Assembly (NCBI RefSeq): GCF_009914755.1
Contig: NC_060946.1
Reading direction: 5' to 3' (one strand)
DNA: 64,000 nt
DNA from: the human T2T-CHM13v2.0 reference genome, Homo sapiens
Positions 39,862 to 54,157 of the stretch are shown here, piece after piece. The position numbers were made by a program, and so were the translations under genes. How positions within the stretch are numbered: position 1 is the first letter of the stretch; each line of letters opens with the position of its first letter. The notes beneath the pieces are model-generated. The model saw only the letters and a list, made by a program, of their open reading frames with translations. It ran no database searches and was not told the origin of the DNA.

Positions 39862-40589
39862 GGCTCTTTCCTAAATTCCCTGCATTGAACATCTATTTCA
39901 TTTGCAACCAGAAAAAAATATATCAAAGTGAATCAACCGAGATTCTGCAAGGTACCACGCACTCTACTGAATGTATGTATTATCCATGGTGAGGACAACT
40001 GCCCTAGGAGGTGAGGGTTGTCATCAACTCCCATTTCACAAACGAGCACCCTGAGGCTCAGGAAGACTAAGTCACTTGTTCAAAAAGATACGCTGCAGAG
40101 AGGCAGCAGGGCCAGGTCTGTGTAGCCTCATGGCTCCGGCTCTTGTTCCTGCAGATCTCAAATCAACCAACACATCTTGGTTTTTTTTTTTTTTTTTTTT
40201 TTTCAAGTAGCAACCTCTGGAAAGCAGCAAGAGTAGGGATTTGATGGCCGAGCCCATGCCAGGCTATTTGCTAGGTCCCTCTAGAGACAGGATCCTGATG
40301 AGTGCTCACAAACAGACCTGGGTAAAGATCTGGACCATCTCCCCATTTTATAGATGGGAACACTGCAGCCCAGGGAAATTATGAACTTTCCGAATCACAA
40401 AGCTCAGAAGCAGGAGAGCCGCATTGGAACTCAGGTCATCTGGCTCCAAGTCCACATGCTTTTGACTCCATCACAGGGCCCCAGGAGGATTCACACATTG
40501 TTTGATTCATACCACCAAAGATCAAACTATTTTTGGATTCCTTATTTTTAAGTAACACAAAAAAATCAGCCCAGGCTGGGGCAATAGGG

Positions 40590-41440
40590 AGCACTTATAA
40601 CCATTTGCTACTTTTATCTGATTTTAAAAGTAATACACATTCTTTGTGTATAAAAAAACAAAAATTCCTTGGCATGTACAAAGAAGTAAACAAAATGCTC
40701 ATAATTTTACAATGCAGAGGAAACTCCTAACAACCTTTGTATATACATTTTTGATCCAATGATCAATTTCAATGTATATAATATGCATTCACATTCATAA
40801 TTGCTCCATACTTTCTTTTGATTTTAATGTTTTCCACATAATAATATAGTGTATATATTTTTCTCTACTACCAAAAATATCTTCTAAAATATAATTTTTA
40901 ATTTCTACACAATAGTTCACTGAATGATATATCATAATTAAGTAAACCAATCATCTACTATTATCATATAAGCTATTTCCAATATTTCATATACAAATCA
41001 GTGCCATTATTTTAAATTATTTTCATAAGATAGATCCTAAGAAGTGGGACTAATGGATTAAAGGGTGTAAGCTTTTTGTAAGATACCCAAAAAAAGTTCC
41101 CTTTTTAAGGTACATCTCACAAATTGTTTATGAGAATGTCCATCTCATTACAGCCTCACCAGCACTGCAGTTTTTGAAAAATATTTTTTTCAATTTGACA
41201 ACAGAATTCCCCCCAAAAGACACCCTGTATCCTGCTATTGTTTTAGTTTGCATTTGTCTGATTCTAGTGAAATTAAATGCTTTTTATTAACCATCTGCAT
41301 TTTCTTTCCTGTAAAAGTCTGTTCACATCCTTTTCCATTCAAAACAAAATAGGGTCTCCAGTTTCCTATTGAGGTGAGTTCTGTGTATTAAGGATACTGC
41401 CCTTTATCCATCATGTGTGGCAATGTTTTTACTAGATGCT
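40590..41440 (-). mobile_element. Old L1M (L1ME/MC-like) fragments
   Basis: AT-rich; atcctaagaagtgggactaatggattaaagggt and tttagtttgcatttgtctgatt resemble reverse L1. Confidence 0.6.
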
Positions 41441-42084
41441 TGCTTGTCTGTTTCTTTTTAATGGATGTGCATCTTAAAAAACAACACATAAATACATTGT
41501 CCATGGCCCTGGTTCTGACAATGAGACATCCACTCCTCCCTGGCAGCGTGGGTTCCATCACAGACAACAGTGGCAGCAAACGTGGTGTCTTACTAAGAAT
41601 AACCCCATCCTTCTTCATGAGGAAATAATAAAAGGTCTCCTGCTGGCCAGCCTCCTATTTTTTTTCCCCATTGCTGGGAATTCATAAGAGGGACATGGGA
41701 AAAACAAAAAACACCAAACCTGGCTATCTAAAAAAAGAGGATGCCCTTCCAAGACCACCTTCCAAGAGGAGAATCCCATGGCTTGTTTTGGGATCCCCGA
41801 CTCTGGCTCCAGATATTATGGTGCTCTCTCTCCAGGGCTTCCAAAACTCACCTCTAAATCAGAACCTTTCTGATTCCTCAAAATAAAAGTAGCAGGAAGC
41901 TCCTCATTGTCTTTACGGATTTGGAAATCTACCTCAAGATCCCACATGTGAAGTGCTCTTACAAAATTATACATCACTCCCCTGCTTCAAACCCTCAAAA
42001 GGCGTCTCTCTTTCTGACAAGAGATCCCTAGTGCCTTATCGTGGCTACAAGGTCCCAAATGGGTTGCCTGCCACTCCATCCTCA

Positions 42085-42418
42085 TTTATTTTATTTTTTT
42101 AAATTATTATTTTTTTAGAGACAGGGTCTCCCTCTGTTGCTCAGGCTGGAGTGCAGTGGTGTCATCACACTCACTGCACCCTCAAACTCCTGGGCTCAAG
42201 CGATCCTCCCACATCAGCCTCCCAAGTAGCTGGGACTACAGGTGTGCACCACCACATCCAGCTAATTTTTAAATTTATTTTATTATTATTTTTTATTTTT
42301 TGTAGAGATGAGATTTTGCTGTTACCCAGGTTGGTCTTGAACTTCTGAACTTAAGTGATCCTCCTGCCTCAGGTTCCCAAAGTGTTGGAATTACAGGCAT
42401 GAACCACCCTACCCAGCC
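42085..42418 (-). mobile_element. Alu (AluJ-like)
   Basis: Reverse Alu; TSD TCCATCCTCATTT on both sides. Confidence 0.95.
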
Positions 42419-43301
42419 TTCCATCCTCATTTTCTATCTTTCTCGCCTCCCTCACTGCCACACAAGCCACACTGACCACCTTCTCTTCCTTCAATTCCCT
42501 AGATGCTCTTCTCCCACATTGCGTGTAGGTGCCTCGTCCTCAAAGCCACCATTCTGTCTACTCTATCAAAATTTGCCCCAACCCTCGTTTTGCCCTATTT
42601 TCTTTATTCATGGCTCTGTGACAATTTTATTTCTCCTGTTTGTTTGATTAGCTGCTTAACTGTCTAGTTCTCTTTTCTAAAGATGTCAGCTCAATGGGAA
42701 CAGAGGACTTGACTGTCTTGGACAAAATAGGCCTCAAAACTGTTTTTAAATAAATGATTGCATGAATGAATGCATATATGAACACATGAATAAATGAATG
42801 AACATGATGTGAAATGGCCACTGGAAAGGGGAGGGATCACTTTCCCTGCGATCCTAGAGAAGAAAACTAGACTGATAGACATAGTAGCCAGGAGACAGCA
42901 AGTAGCCCCTTATTACCAAGGGGTTGCCTTACAAGCTAACAAGTAACACCACGAAGAAATTCATAACCCCAGGGAATTCAAGGTGGCCACCATGACCTCT
43001 TAAGAGTCTCAGATCTAATATGTGAAAAATAAGCACTTCCTATGCACAATATATCAGGCCAAACCAGGCATGTGTTACAGAGTGAATTCTGCCATTCACT
43101 GCTACAGAAGGCATAGAGTCCTTCTTGAAAGTCTAGGGTATGATGGATATGCAATGACTATAGAGAAATTACTGACTTAAGCTGGGCAACCTGTGGCATT
43201 CAGTTCCTCCCTCTGTACCCAGCACCCCAGGTTCTCCATCTGGCCAGGGGGTGGCCAAGTCCTGCAGTCACCCCAACATTTAAGGTTGTGACCTCCAGTA
43301 G

Positions 43302-43778
<477 letters not shown>

Positions 43779-44335
43779 TGAGTGAGTGAGTGAAATAATT
43801 GAGGCATGTACAAGGGCATAAGGTGGTCCAAAGGATGGATTCAACTCTGTTAAGGGATGAGTGTGAGCAAGTGTGTGCTGGAAGCCTTGGTCTTAAAAGC
43901 TGAGGTTGTCAAGTGGGTTGGGTTTGGAGAGTATTCCAGGCAGGGGGAAGGCACCTGCGACTGAATGAATGTGCCCTCGTTGTTGGGGGTGTAGTGGACT
44001 GTGCTGGTTTTATCTGCTCTGTACCCAGAACTCCTCCTTTTTCTAGAAACAGAGCCCATGCGGAAATCCTCTCTGATCAGAGAACCACATTTTCCTGGGC
44101 TGTAACTGGTCTAAGGACGGAACACCTGATGTAAAATGGGCCTGTGAGAAAATTCTCGGGTGTGTTGTATCTGAGCTCTGAAAGACAGGAGTGGCCAGCT
44201 ACACTGAAGTAATATAAGCTGGGCTGATGGGAGACCATTTTCCTGTTACATGAAGAAATCCCATTTGTAGCAGAAGTACCAGCTGGGAAAAGAGATAAGG
44301 AGGGAGGCAAGACACCTGTCAACATTAGATGAGTC

Positions 44336-44655
44336 GGCCAAATGCAGTGGCTCATGCTTGTAATCCCAGCATTTTGGGAGGCCAAGGTGGGCGGATCACT
44401 TAAGGCCAGGAGTTCAAGACCAGCCTGGCCAACGTGGCAAAACCCCATCTCTACAAAAAATACAAAAAAAAAAAATTAGCTGGGCATAGTGGCACACACC
44501 TGTAATCCCAGCTACTTGGAAGGCTAGGGCACAAGAATTGCTTGAACCAGGGAGGCAGAGGTTGCAGTGAGCCGAGATCGTGTCACTGCCCTACTGCCTG
44601 GATGACAGAACAAGAATCTGTCTCAAAAAAGAAAAAGAAAGTAAAAAGAAAAATC
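44336..44655 (+). mobile_element. Alu (AluS-like)
   Basis: ggccaaatgcagtggctcatgcttgtaatccc...tgtctc plus A-rich tail. Confidence 0.96.
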
Positions 44656-45952
44656 CCCCAACCTTTTAAGCCCCTTCCTTCTCTTCCTGCCGTAGAGCCC
44701 CACTGAGCCCAAGACCTGGGTCTCTCGTGCCTGGGTAAGGTCTCCTTTAATCTCACACAAACTGGCACGTCCTGGCCGCAGGTTGTAGCTGGGTTTTCTT
44801 GTTATTTCACCTTTAACCGTAATATGAGCTATAATATTTGGGCTCCTGATCCCAAGTCTTTCTCAGAAGTGGCTGTTGGCACTTGAGAGGAAATCAAGGA
44901 CAAGAAATAATTAACGGTAAAGATGGGACAGGTGACGTGTCACAGGGGGATTACTGAATGCTTCTGGCAGCGTCAAAAAGCTGGAGGCCAGAGGTGAAGT
45001 GACTCTTAACCATTGGAGAAGTGTAATAATTCTCTCAAATATGCAGAGGTCTGTGGTGGCAAGAACAGCTCTTGGCTGGACTTTGCCTGGGACCTAAGTT
45101 AATCAGCAGAAGCCTCATTATTCTCAGTCACTTGACCACTATTTCATAACTGTCCCCTGGTCCCCAAGGGCCAGGTTGGCAAAGGGTGATGTTCATGCTG
45201 ATTTTGTTCACATGCTGAGACCCATCACACCCAGAGCTGATTCCAGCCAGGCCTGCGAAGGCTCCAGACTTTCTGACGTCCATGTCAACGGGCAAAGAGA
45301 CTTCACGTTTTCTCTTAATTGTCTCCACACTCTTCATAACACTCCACCTTGGAAAATTCAACCTTGGGTATCAAATCTGGGGGAAGGGGACAAAGGGAAC
45401 CGAGTAAACCAGCAAATGGGGAGGGGGAATTCAAAACATTGAAACAAGCTCCATGCTCCTGCAGACTTAGGGTACCACTATTCTGCAAGGATAAAGCCAA
45501 GGAAATGTGCACGCTTTGCAGATGGAGGGGTTTGAATCGCCCATATGGAAGGACTTTGGGAATTAGTGATGCTTCCCGCCAGCCCGAGGACTGCAAGAAA
45601 TTAGCCCAGGCCAAAAAGAAATTAGGTGGCAGCCAACCAAGAATCTGGTGAGGAGCAGACAACAGGATGCAGGAGGGAGGCCTGTGGGGCCCCCATGGCA
45701 GCTGCCAGATGCACACCGGTGGAGAAGGGGCCCGGTGGGGTTTACAGACAGCCCGGCTCTCTGTTGAATCCGAGGGCCCTCTTTGTAAAGTGCTAGGAGG
45801 TTAATAAAACACAGACACGAGTTGCTGGAGGAAGGAAGCTTCCTTGTCTCGTTTCAGCCTCACAATCCTGGTATCTTTATTCCGGTCTCTTCCTTCCTGA
45901 ATCTCTGTCCTTGCTCTATCCTCTTCCTCCTGGTCACCCTGGGAACCCCACA

Positions 45953-46414
45953 TGTTATGGGTTGAACTGTTGCCCCCAGGAAGATATGTCGAGGTCCTAA
46001 GCACTGGTACCTGTGACTGTGACCTTATTTGGAAAATAGGGCCTTTGCAAATATAATCAAGTTAAGATGAGGTCACACTGGAGGAGAGTGAACCCTAACC
46101 CAATGACTGATGTCTTTAGGAGAAGAGGGAAATTCGGAAACAGACACACACAGGGGAAGAGAATGCCATGTGATGAGGGAGTCAGAGATTGGAGTGATGT
46201 GTCTATAATACAGGGAATTTCAAGGATTGCTGGTGACCTTCAGGAACTAGAGAGTGGCAAGGAAGGATCCTCCCCTGGAGCCTTCAGAAGGAGCATGGCA
46301 TAGGAGTCTTGATTTCAGACGTCTGGTCCCCAGAATGATGGGAGAATGAATTTCTGTTATTTAAGCCACCCAACCTGTGGTGCTTTGTTATAGCAGCCTC
46401 AGGAAACTAACACA
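45953..46414 (+). mobile_element. MaLR solo LTR (MLT1B/C-like)
   Basis: tgttatgggttgaactgt...gaccttatttggaaaataggg...ttgttatagcagcctcaggaaactaacaca with TG..CA ends. Confidence 0.9.
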
Positions 46415-46526
46415 CTGCACGTGCCCACTATTCCCTTTTCCAGTATCTTTCAGGACTTGCTGGCTTCCTTTGTTCTGGCGTACACCCATGCATGGCCCCA
46501 TTCCCCACTTCCTAAAACAACAACCC

Positions 46527-46868
46527 TGACTTAGTCTGTTTGGGCTGCTAGAACAAAATACTATAGACTGGGTGACTTATAAACAACAGAAATTCATTTC
46601 TCACATTCTGGAGGCTGGGAAGTCCAATATCGAGGCACCATCACATTTGGTCTCTGCTGAGGCCCCCTTCCTAGCTCCTCACTGTGTCCTTACATGGCAG
46701 AAGGGGCAAGGCAGCTCTCTGGGGTCCCTTTTCAAGGCCACAAATCCCATTCATTAGGGCTGATGACTTCATGACTTAATCACCTCCTAATGGCCCCACC
46801 TCCTAATCGCATTGGGCGTTAGGATTCAACATAAATTTTGGGGGGACACACATATTCAGACCATAGCA
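46527..46868 (-). mobile_element. MaLR solo LTR (MLT1A-like)
   Basis: ttagtctgtttgggctgctagaacaaaatac...ggggggacacacatattcagaccatagca. Confidence 0.9.
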
Positions 46869-47415
46869 AACCCCAACAATAAAAAACCTTCACTTTAAGG
46901 TTCCAAATGGACTGGCAGTTAAATCATGTTCATATTTACATAAAAGAAGGAGTAAGTCAACAAATTGATAAACGCGTGGAGATTTGTTCGGATGGATGTT
47001 CACCAAAATGCTGGCCTTAAAGAGTGAGATGGGAAATGGGAACTATTACATTCTTCTTCATACTTTTTGGTACTGCCTGCATTGTTAAAAAAAAAAAAAA
47101 AGAGCACAGAGCATTTTTACAATCAGGAAAAAAACAATGAGGTTATCTTCATTCTGGAAAAAAATGGAAAATGAAACAGTGGAGTCACATCATGGAAAAT
47201 GCTTATGGTACAATTTCATGTGACATAAAACAATAGAATAGAGGACCTGTTTTATGACTAAAGCACTGTAAAAATGACAGGCCTGGAAGGAGAGATGAAA
47301 ACCACTCATTTGTTAAGGTAGTCAGGTGGCAGGTGATTTCTCTTCTTTTGAAAATTTCCATTTTCATTATATCGCAGTTTGTGCATTTACTAAAACTTTC
47401 GGTTGGTACACATGC

Positions 47416-47484
47416 ATAAATAGATAGATAAATAAGTAGATAGATGATAGATAAATAGACGGTAGGTAGATAGATAGATAGATA
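47416..47484. repeat. Compound (GATA/TAGA)n microsatellite
   Basis: Interrupted GATA repeats seen directly. Confidence 0.9.
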
Positions 47485-47920
47485 TGAGAAATAAGTCCCC
47501 TGTACTTGGCCTTGCAGCCATAACTAGTCATTCCCCTTCCTCTGTCCATTGCTATGCCTGATGGACAAGGCAGTCTGTGCCCTCTGGCCCCAATTCCAAT
47601 GTGCCCTCTGCTCCTGGCTGTTAGTCCCTTTCCACCCCAATACAATTGCTCCGAGGTCACTTCTAAGTGTGAAGCCCCCAGATCAGATGGCTTCTTCTGT
47701 GTCCTTACCTTACCCAATTTCTAATTATAACTAAAACACAATGAGGCTCTAGTAAAATACCATGAGACTTCAGGCCCTCTGTATAACTTCACTCATTTAA
47801 ACCTAACAAGGAAAACCTACCATGAATCCGAGGCACAGAGCAGCTAAGGAACTCACCAAGGTCACGCAGCTATTGGTGATGGAACCATGAGTCAAGCTTC
47901 ACAGCCTGTTGGCTCTAGAA

Positions 47921-48135
47921 TAGGGTTTCCCAACCTCAGCACTGTGGACATTTTCAGGCTGGATAATTCTCTGTTGTGGGGGGCTGTTCTGTGCCTTGTA
48001 GGATATTAGGAGCATCTCTGGCCTCTACCCACTAGACGCAGCAGCACTCCCATGCCCAGTTGTGACAACAAGCAATGTCTCCCACCATTGCCAAGTGTCC
48101 CCTGGGTGGAAATGCACCCTGCTAGAGAAGCCCTG
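47921..48135. mobile_element. MER20 (hAT-Charlie MITE)
   Basis: agggtttcccaacctcagcactgtggacatttt...gttgtgacaacaagcaatgtctcc...gagaagccctg. Confidence 0.88.
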
Positions 48136-49542
48136 CTGCAGAGCTCCTCTTGTCCTCTGTGGCTTCTGTGGCATGATCACTGTCCCCCTTCTCCGCAAAC
48201 CCTTTCCACCTTGCCTCGAAGACACCCTCCGCCCTTGCTTCCCAACTCCCAGCTCCTTCACTGTTTTCTCCCTAACTACAGCTCTTCTCTAAGAGAAGAG
48301 CTCCTCCAAGGCTCAATCTTTGGTTCTCTGCTTCATGGAATCATCTCCATTCAGGGACTTCCCTTACCTTGTCCTCATAGGCAATAATGAAAGTGATTCA
48401 GATTTATAGAGCACTTCCTTGGTGCCAGGAATAATTTTTAGGATTTTACTTATGTTATCTTTATCCTCATGATAACTCTACAAGGTAGATACGATAATAA
48501 TAGCTTTATTTTTCAAGAAACAAAGGCATAGAGAGATGAAGCACAGCCAAGAAGGTGTCCACCTGGGACTGGAGTGCAGGTCTTTGGGCTTCGAAGTCCG
48601 TGTGCACAATCACCGTGCAACCAGAACCTTCCACCACCCTGAACCTCTCATCATCACCTCCAACTCAATGTGACTGGACCCCAAGTCATCAGCTTCCCCC
48701 AAAGTGGATCTGAGGACTTCTGTTAAAGGTCTGTCGTGCTCCCAGGAACTGGGCGTATGTCACCCTGAAGTCATGTGCAGTTCTTCTCCCTGACATTCCT
48801 TAAGTATGGAGCCACCAGAGCTGCTAAGTCTTCCCTCCAGAAGTGTCTAGGATTGGTCCCTACACTCTCCACTCCTCATTTCCACTCTGGTTTTCTCCTC
48901 CAATGCCTCATGCTTGAGACACCTTAACAGACCTTCAGCTTCTAAATCCTCAACACAAGTCCTTCATCTTATTCCTCTCTGTAGCCCCAGCCTAGTCCAG
49001 GGTCCATACTTCTGAGTGTTGAGTGTTATGTGATTTCCCTGCCACTACCCCAGGGGGCCAAGCAGGTACCACCATGGTTGAGTGAGGTGGGCCTCTTCGG
49101 TTTTCTCTTCTCACACACACTCTCTGTTTTCATATAAAGCACATAAGAATATCCTTCATTTCCACAATGCTCTCTTCAACCTTTTTTGGAAGCAGGCATG
49201 TCCTTTCACATATCTTTCATTTTGTCACTCAATAGTATGAAGTATATTTCACTTTTCTGTAGGAGGGCACAACCACTAAGACAAAGGGCAGCTAATGGAA
49301 GCCTCTGTGGAGGATGAGGAGGGAGAAACCAGGAGTGAGGAATAAGCAAATGGGGCCCAGTCTAAGGTCTAAGCCATTATGGCCATGTGGGAATGAGGGT
49401 CCTGCATGGCCCTTGTGACTTTTCAAAAGATACCTAAATCTGGGTATTTATGTGAAATTCTCAATTACTTAAATGTTGACAATGCACTTAAAAAATTTTT
49501 GAAAATCACTATACTGACTGGTTAAAAAAAATAAAGGTAACC

Positions 49543-49581
49543 AACACACACACAGACACACACATACACACACACACACAC
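49543..49581. repeat. Imperfect (AC)n microsatellite
   Basis: Seen directly; followed by a 13-bp tandem duplication CTTTGAAAACAGT x2. Confidence 0.88.
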
Positions 49582-49831
49582 TTTGAAAACAGTCTTTGAA
49601 AACAGTAAAGTGTTCTGCAATCTCTAAGTGTCTAGAAACTCTGTAGCTGCAGTCTCTTTAAGATCTGCCTGAGCATCACATACCCTTAAACAGATTTTCT
49701 ACCCAGGGAGGTAAAGTTTCATGGATCTGCCAAGACACGGACTGATTAATTAATTATTCCATTTATTTAACAAAAATGTATTGAGCACTAATATGTGCCA
49801 GGCACATTTATAGATCCTGGAGAGACAGACT

Positions 49832-50190
49832 TGGAGTTGCTACAGCAAAATGCCATAAACTGAGTGGCTTAAAAACAACAAAAATTTATTTCTCACATTT
49901 CTGGAGGCTAAGAAGTCCAGGACCAAGGCATCAGCTGATGTGATGCTGGGGAGGTGGGGGACCTGCTTTCTGGTTTGTAGATGGCACATTCTCATTGCGT
50001 CCTCACATAGTCGAAGGGGGAAGGGAGCTCTCTCGGGGCCTCTTACTTATAAGGGCATTAATCCCATTCATGAAAACTCTGCCCTCATGGCTAATCACTT
50101 CCCAAAGACTTCATCTCCTAATACCATCACATTGAAGGTTAGGATTTCAACATTTGAACTCTGAGGAACACAGGCATTCAGACCACAGCA
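49832..50190 (-). mobile_element. MaLR solo LTR (MLT1A-like)
   Basis: gttgctacagcaaaatgccataaactgagtggctt...ggcattcagaccacagca; homologous to 46527-46868. Confidence 0.88.
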
Positions 50191-50747
50191 GTAAGGATAG
50201 GAATATACTTTTGTGACCCCTTCCCTGAGTACCTAGCCGGTGTTAAGCACATAGTAGGTACTCAAGGGATCCACATGGAAATGGCTTCTCTTCTCAGAGT
50301 CCTGGTCCATATAAAGTCAACAACCCTTTTAAAAAAATAACTGAAAACAGAGGATCAGAAAGTGGTTAAAATAATGAGGAGTGGTGGGAAAAATCAAGAC
50401 ATCTTCTAGTCCCAGCTCTGCTCTTGTGTCTTTGAGATTGTTGCTTCTCCTCTCTCAGCTTCAGGTTCCCGATTGGTCAAAGGAGAGTTGGGCTATGTGA
50501 CCCCTGGGGGACCTTCCTGGGATGATTGTCTCCCATGCCAGAACTTGAAGCCAAGGTTTTTGACTCCCACCTCCCACTGTAGCTGTGCATCTGAGCTCCC
50601 CTGTTACATTCTGTCAGGTGTTACTGGTTTGTAAGAATCACGATTACTCATTATTGGGTACTTGCTGAGTGCCAGATGCTTGCAAAAGGCATTTCAACAT
50701 GATCTCATAGCATCCTCACCCCAAACCCCTGTAAAGTAGCTACTTCT

Positions 50748-51185
50748 CTTGGGCTGGGTTCCCTAGAAGTGGAGGCTAAAGTAGGGATTTGCAAGCCAGT
50801 GACTCATGGAGGGAGTCCTCTTCAGGAAAACTGTGAGGGGTGACGGTGGTAGCTCAAGGAAGGGGAAGAAGCCAAGGAGGGATATTGTCTTAGAGAAGCT
50901 CTGGCCTTGGCCTGGTCTACAGGGGGGCTCTGGGGCAAAAACAGTGCCATGGAGTTGTCCCACTTTGAGGAAAGAGCGCTGGGCTTCTGTATCCCCAAGA
51001 GCAATCAGTCACTGACCCCCTGGTGGGTGGTGGTGGAGAGGGTTTACCCTCTCAGCCGTCTCAGGGATGCAGTTACCATCAGCCCAAGAAATGGAGAAGG
51101 CCACGGGTACAGCATTACCATGACACCTGGAGCCGCTGGGGGCACTGGCTGGCAAAGAGGATGTGAGCAGAGAACTGACCAGCAT
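50748..51185. mobile_element. Old ERVL-type LTR remnant
   Basis: ggctgggttccctagaagtggaggctaaagtagggatttgcaagccagtgac resembles LTR16/33/41-class ends; family uncertain. Confidence 0.45.
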
Positions 51186-52264
51186 TTACACTCCACTATT
51201 ACTAGCCCATTTTGCAGATGAGGATAACTGAAACCTGGAGTAGTTAATATGTTCCTAAGAACTACTAAATACAGAGGTCTGAACTGTTAGGTACAAGTTG
51301 CGCGTCTCGTAAACAGCCCTCGCCACTGAAGGACAGGGCCCATGTCTGAAATGCCTGTTTCCCCAGCACCCAGCATGGCAATTGCACCCAGGGGCTGCTG
51401 AGATGTGCTTGGAAAGGCTGAGTTTGTGAGCTGCAGCTCGCCAGGGCAATGGGGCCTCAGGTGGCATGTCGCCGGGAGGCAGAGGGGTTAGCCCTCACCC
51501 ACGTGGTGGCCTGGGGCAGCCCTGCTCTCCGACAGCTGCCTGAGCTCCAGCGCTGTCAGCAGCCTGCTCAGCGCTGGGGCGGGCCTCCTGCCAGGCTGCT
51601 GCTCGGGGAAGGGGAACATTATTCATCGGAGAGATAAGGCAGCTGATGAGAGATGGGCCTCAGAGCAGCTGTTCCTCGGCAGCGGCTGGAACGGATGCTG
51701 GGGCAGTGGAGTGGAGGAGAGAGGAGTGGGGGAAGGGGAAAGCCCATTTTGAGATGAAAAATGATGGTACTGCCGAGGGGTGATGGGAGAGCACATTTCA
51801 AACCCAGGCCAGGCGCTAATATGTACTTATACCCAAGGCCTTCCCCACACATATCTCTGTCTGACAGGCCACATCTGTGCTCTGTCGGGTTAACTATTGA
51901 ACTAGTCAGAGGGCTCACTTATCAGCTCACTCAGCAGGAAATATCTGCCTGGTAGGGCACCCCCTCCCAAGCTGCTTCCTCAGTGCAAGACTGAGAAGCT
52001 GGGCCCAAAAGATGCTAAACGCTCCTGCCTGGGCCACAGCCCTAAATCACCCATCTCCGCCCCCAGAGCACCCAGGTGGCGCTGATCTCAGGTGGCCCAG
52101 CCACTTCTCGCTGGTTCCCTAGGTTCTCCATCTTCCCTCAAAGCTAGCTGACACAGGATGGAATTTTCCAGGTTGAGGGGCAAGAGTGGGTGAGCTTTCT
52201 TTATTTTATCCATTGTTTGATAGTTGTTTTTTTTTAAAGGAAAGATGTGAAAAAGGAACCTTGA

Positions 52265-52631
<367 letters not shown>

Positions 52632-53974
52632 TCAGGTGAAACGCCTGATGGTCTTCCCTGACAAGCTGCGGCTGCCTCTCCAGCCTCCTCCCCTGCCCAT
52701 CGGTCGGGTCATCTTCCTTTCTGACCACATCAGAGGGTTTCCTCAGAAGCCAGGGCCTTCCCTGTCCCTATGTTCTAACATGGACTTTCCCACTCTGACC
52801 GCCTGGCTAACATTTTGTCTGTCATCAGTGCAGGGAAGGGTGTAGACAGGAGTCCTTAAAAGTACCTATGGTATTATATTTCTTTTCATTAAAAAAAATC
52901 TAAAACAAATTCGGCTAAATGTTAAGATTTGACAAACTCAGTTGTGAACATAAGGGAAACAACAGTTAGCATTTAAGAGTGCTGGGAACTTGTATTTTTC
53001 AGAGTATTACCTTAATTGATCCTGACAGTTGCCCTTTGAAGTGTGTGTTTAAACGAGACAGAGGCACAGAGAGGACAAGCAGCCTCTCCAATGTCACACG
53101 GCAGATGCAAGTAGCCTGGCTCCAGAGCGGGTGTCTTAACCACCTTAGTTTATGAGTGTTTGCTAAATTATTCTCTGTACTTTTTCTAGCCTTAAAATAG
53201 TTCAGAATTTTTTTTTTTTTAGGATCTGAAGCAAACATGGCAAAATGTTAATATTTGTCAAAGTAGTGTGTTCAACTATCTATGTGTAAGATTATTCCGA
53301 ACTTTGCAATATGTATATGAATATTTAAAAAGAAAACAATAAAAAAGCCTCAGCGCTATTACCACTTCTCCTCAGAAGGCTTCTGAAGTCCCCCCGCCCC
53401 CCAACCAGCTCCTCTAAGCCCTTGCTTCTCTGAACTATTCTCCACCAGGCCCTGACTGTGTCACATCCTAGCAGTTGATTTACTTCCCATTTCCCCCTCC
53501 AGGCTGTGAACTCCACCAGCGAGTGGTGATGTTGAATTTATATCTGAATTTCCAGGGTCTGGCCAATTGCAAGGAATCTAGAAGCTCAATAAAATTATGA
53601 AACTAAAGGGAGCTATTTAGGGGGCCCCCATGGGTGAGTATTGAGCAGCTACATAAAGAGGCTGCAGAGGGTGCAGGGAACAAATGTGGACCCTGCCCTC
53701 CCTGCTGGAGACATATGGCAGTAATTTTTAGGACCATAACCCAGTAAGGGCTTCCAGCATAAATGCTTCCAGCTGCACCCTCCACTGTGGACAGGAAACT
53801 GGGAACCTCTTAAGACAGGATCTTGATGGCTTCCAGCTCAGTCGGATGCCCATCAAAAGAAGCAGAGGGTAGGAGCAGCTTTCTAGAAAGCCCTCTGGGT
53901 TTTACCCACTGTGTCTGGGGCTGTGTGTGTTTACTGGTTTGGCAGCTGTTAGATCAACCCTCCTCATTCTAGTT

Positions 53975-54157
53975 TAGTGGCTCGCCAATCTTGGCTGTAC
54001 ATTGGAATCACCCAAGGAGCTCTCAAAACTAGTTCTTCCTCCTCTTCTCTGCCCCTAGATATTCTGATAGAATTGACCTGAAGTGCCCACCTGGGTTTGG
54101 AGATTTTTAGAAGCTTTCTAAGTAATTGGAATGTGCAGCCAAGGCTGAGAACTCCTG
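53975..54157. mobile_element. MER5A (hAT-Charlie)
   Basis: ttggctgtacattggaatcacccaaggagct...aatgtgcagccaaggctgagaactcctg. Confidence 0.82.
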
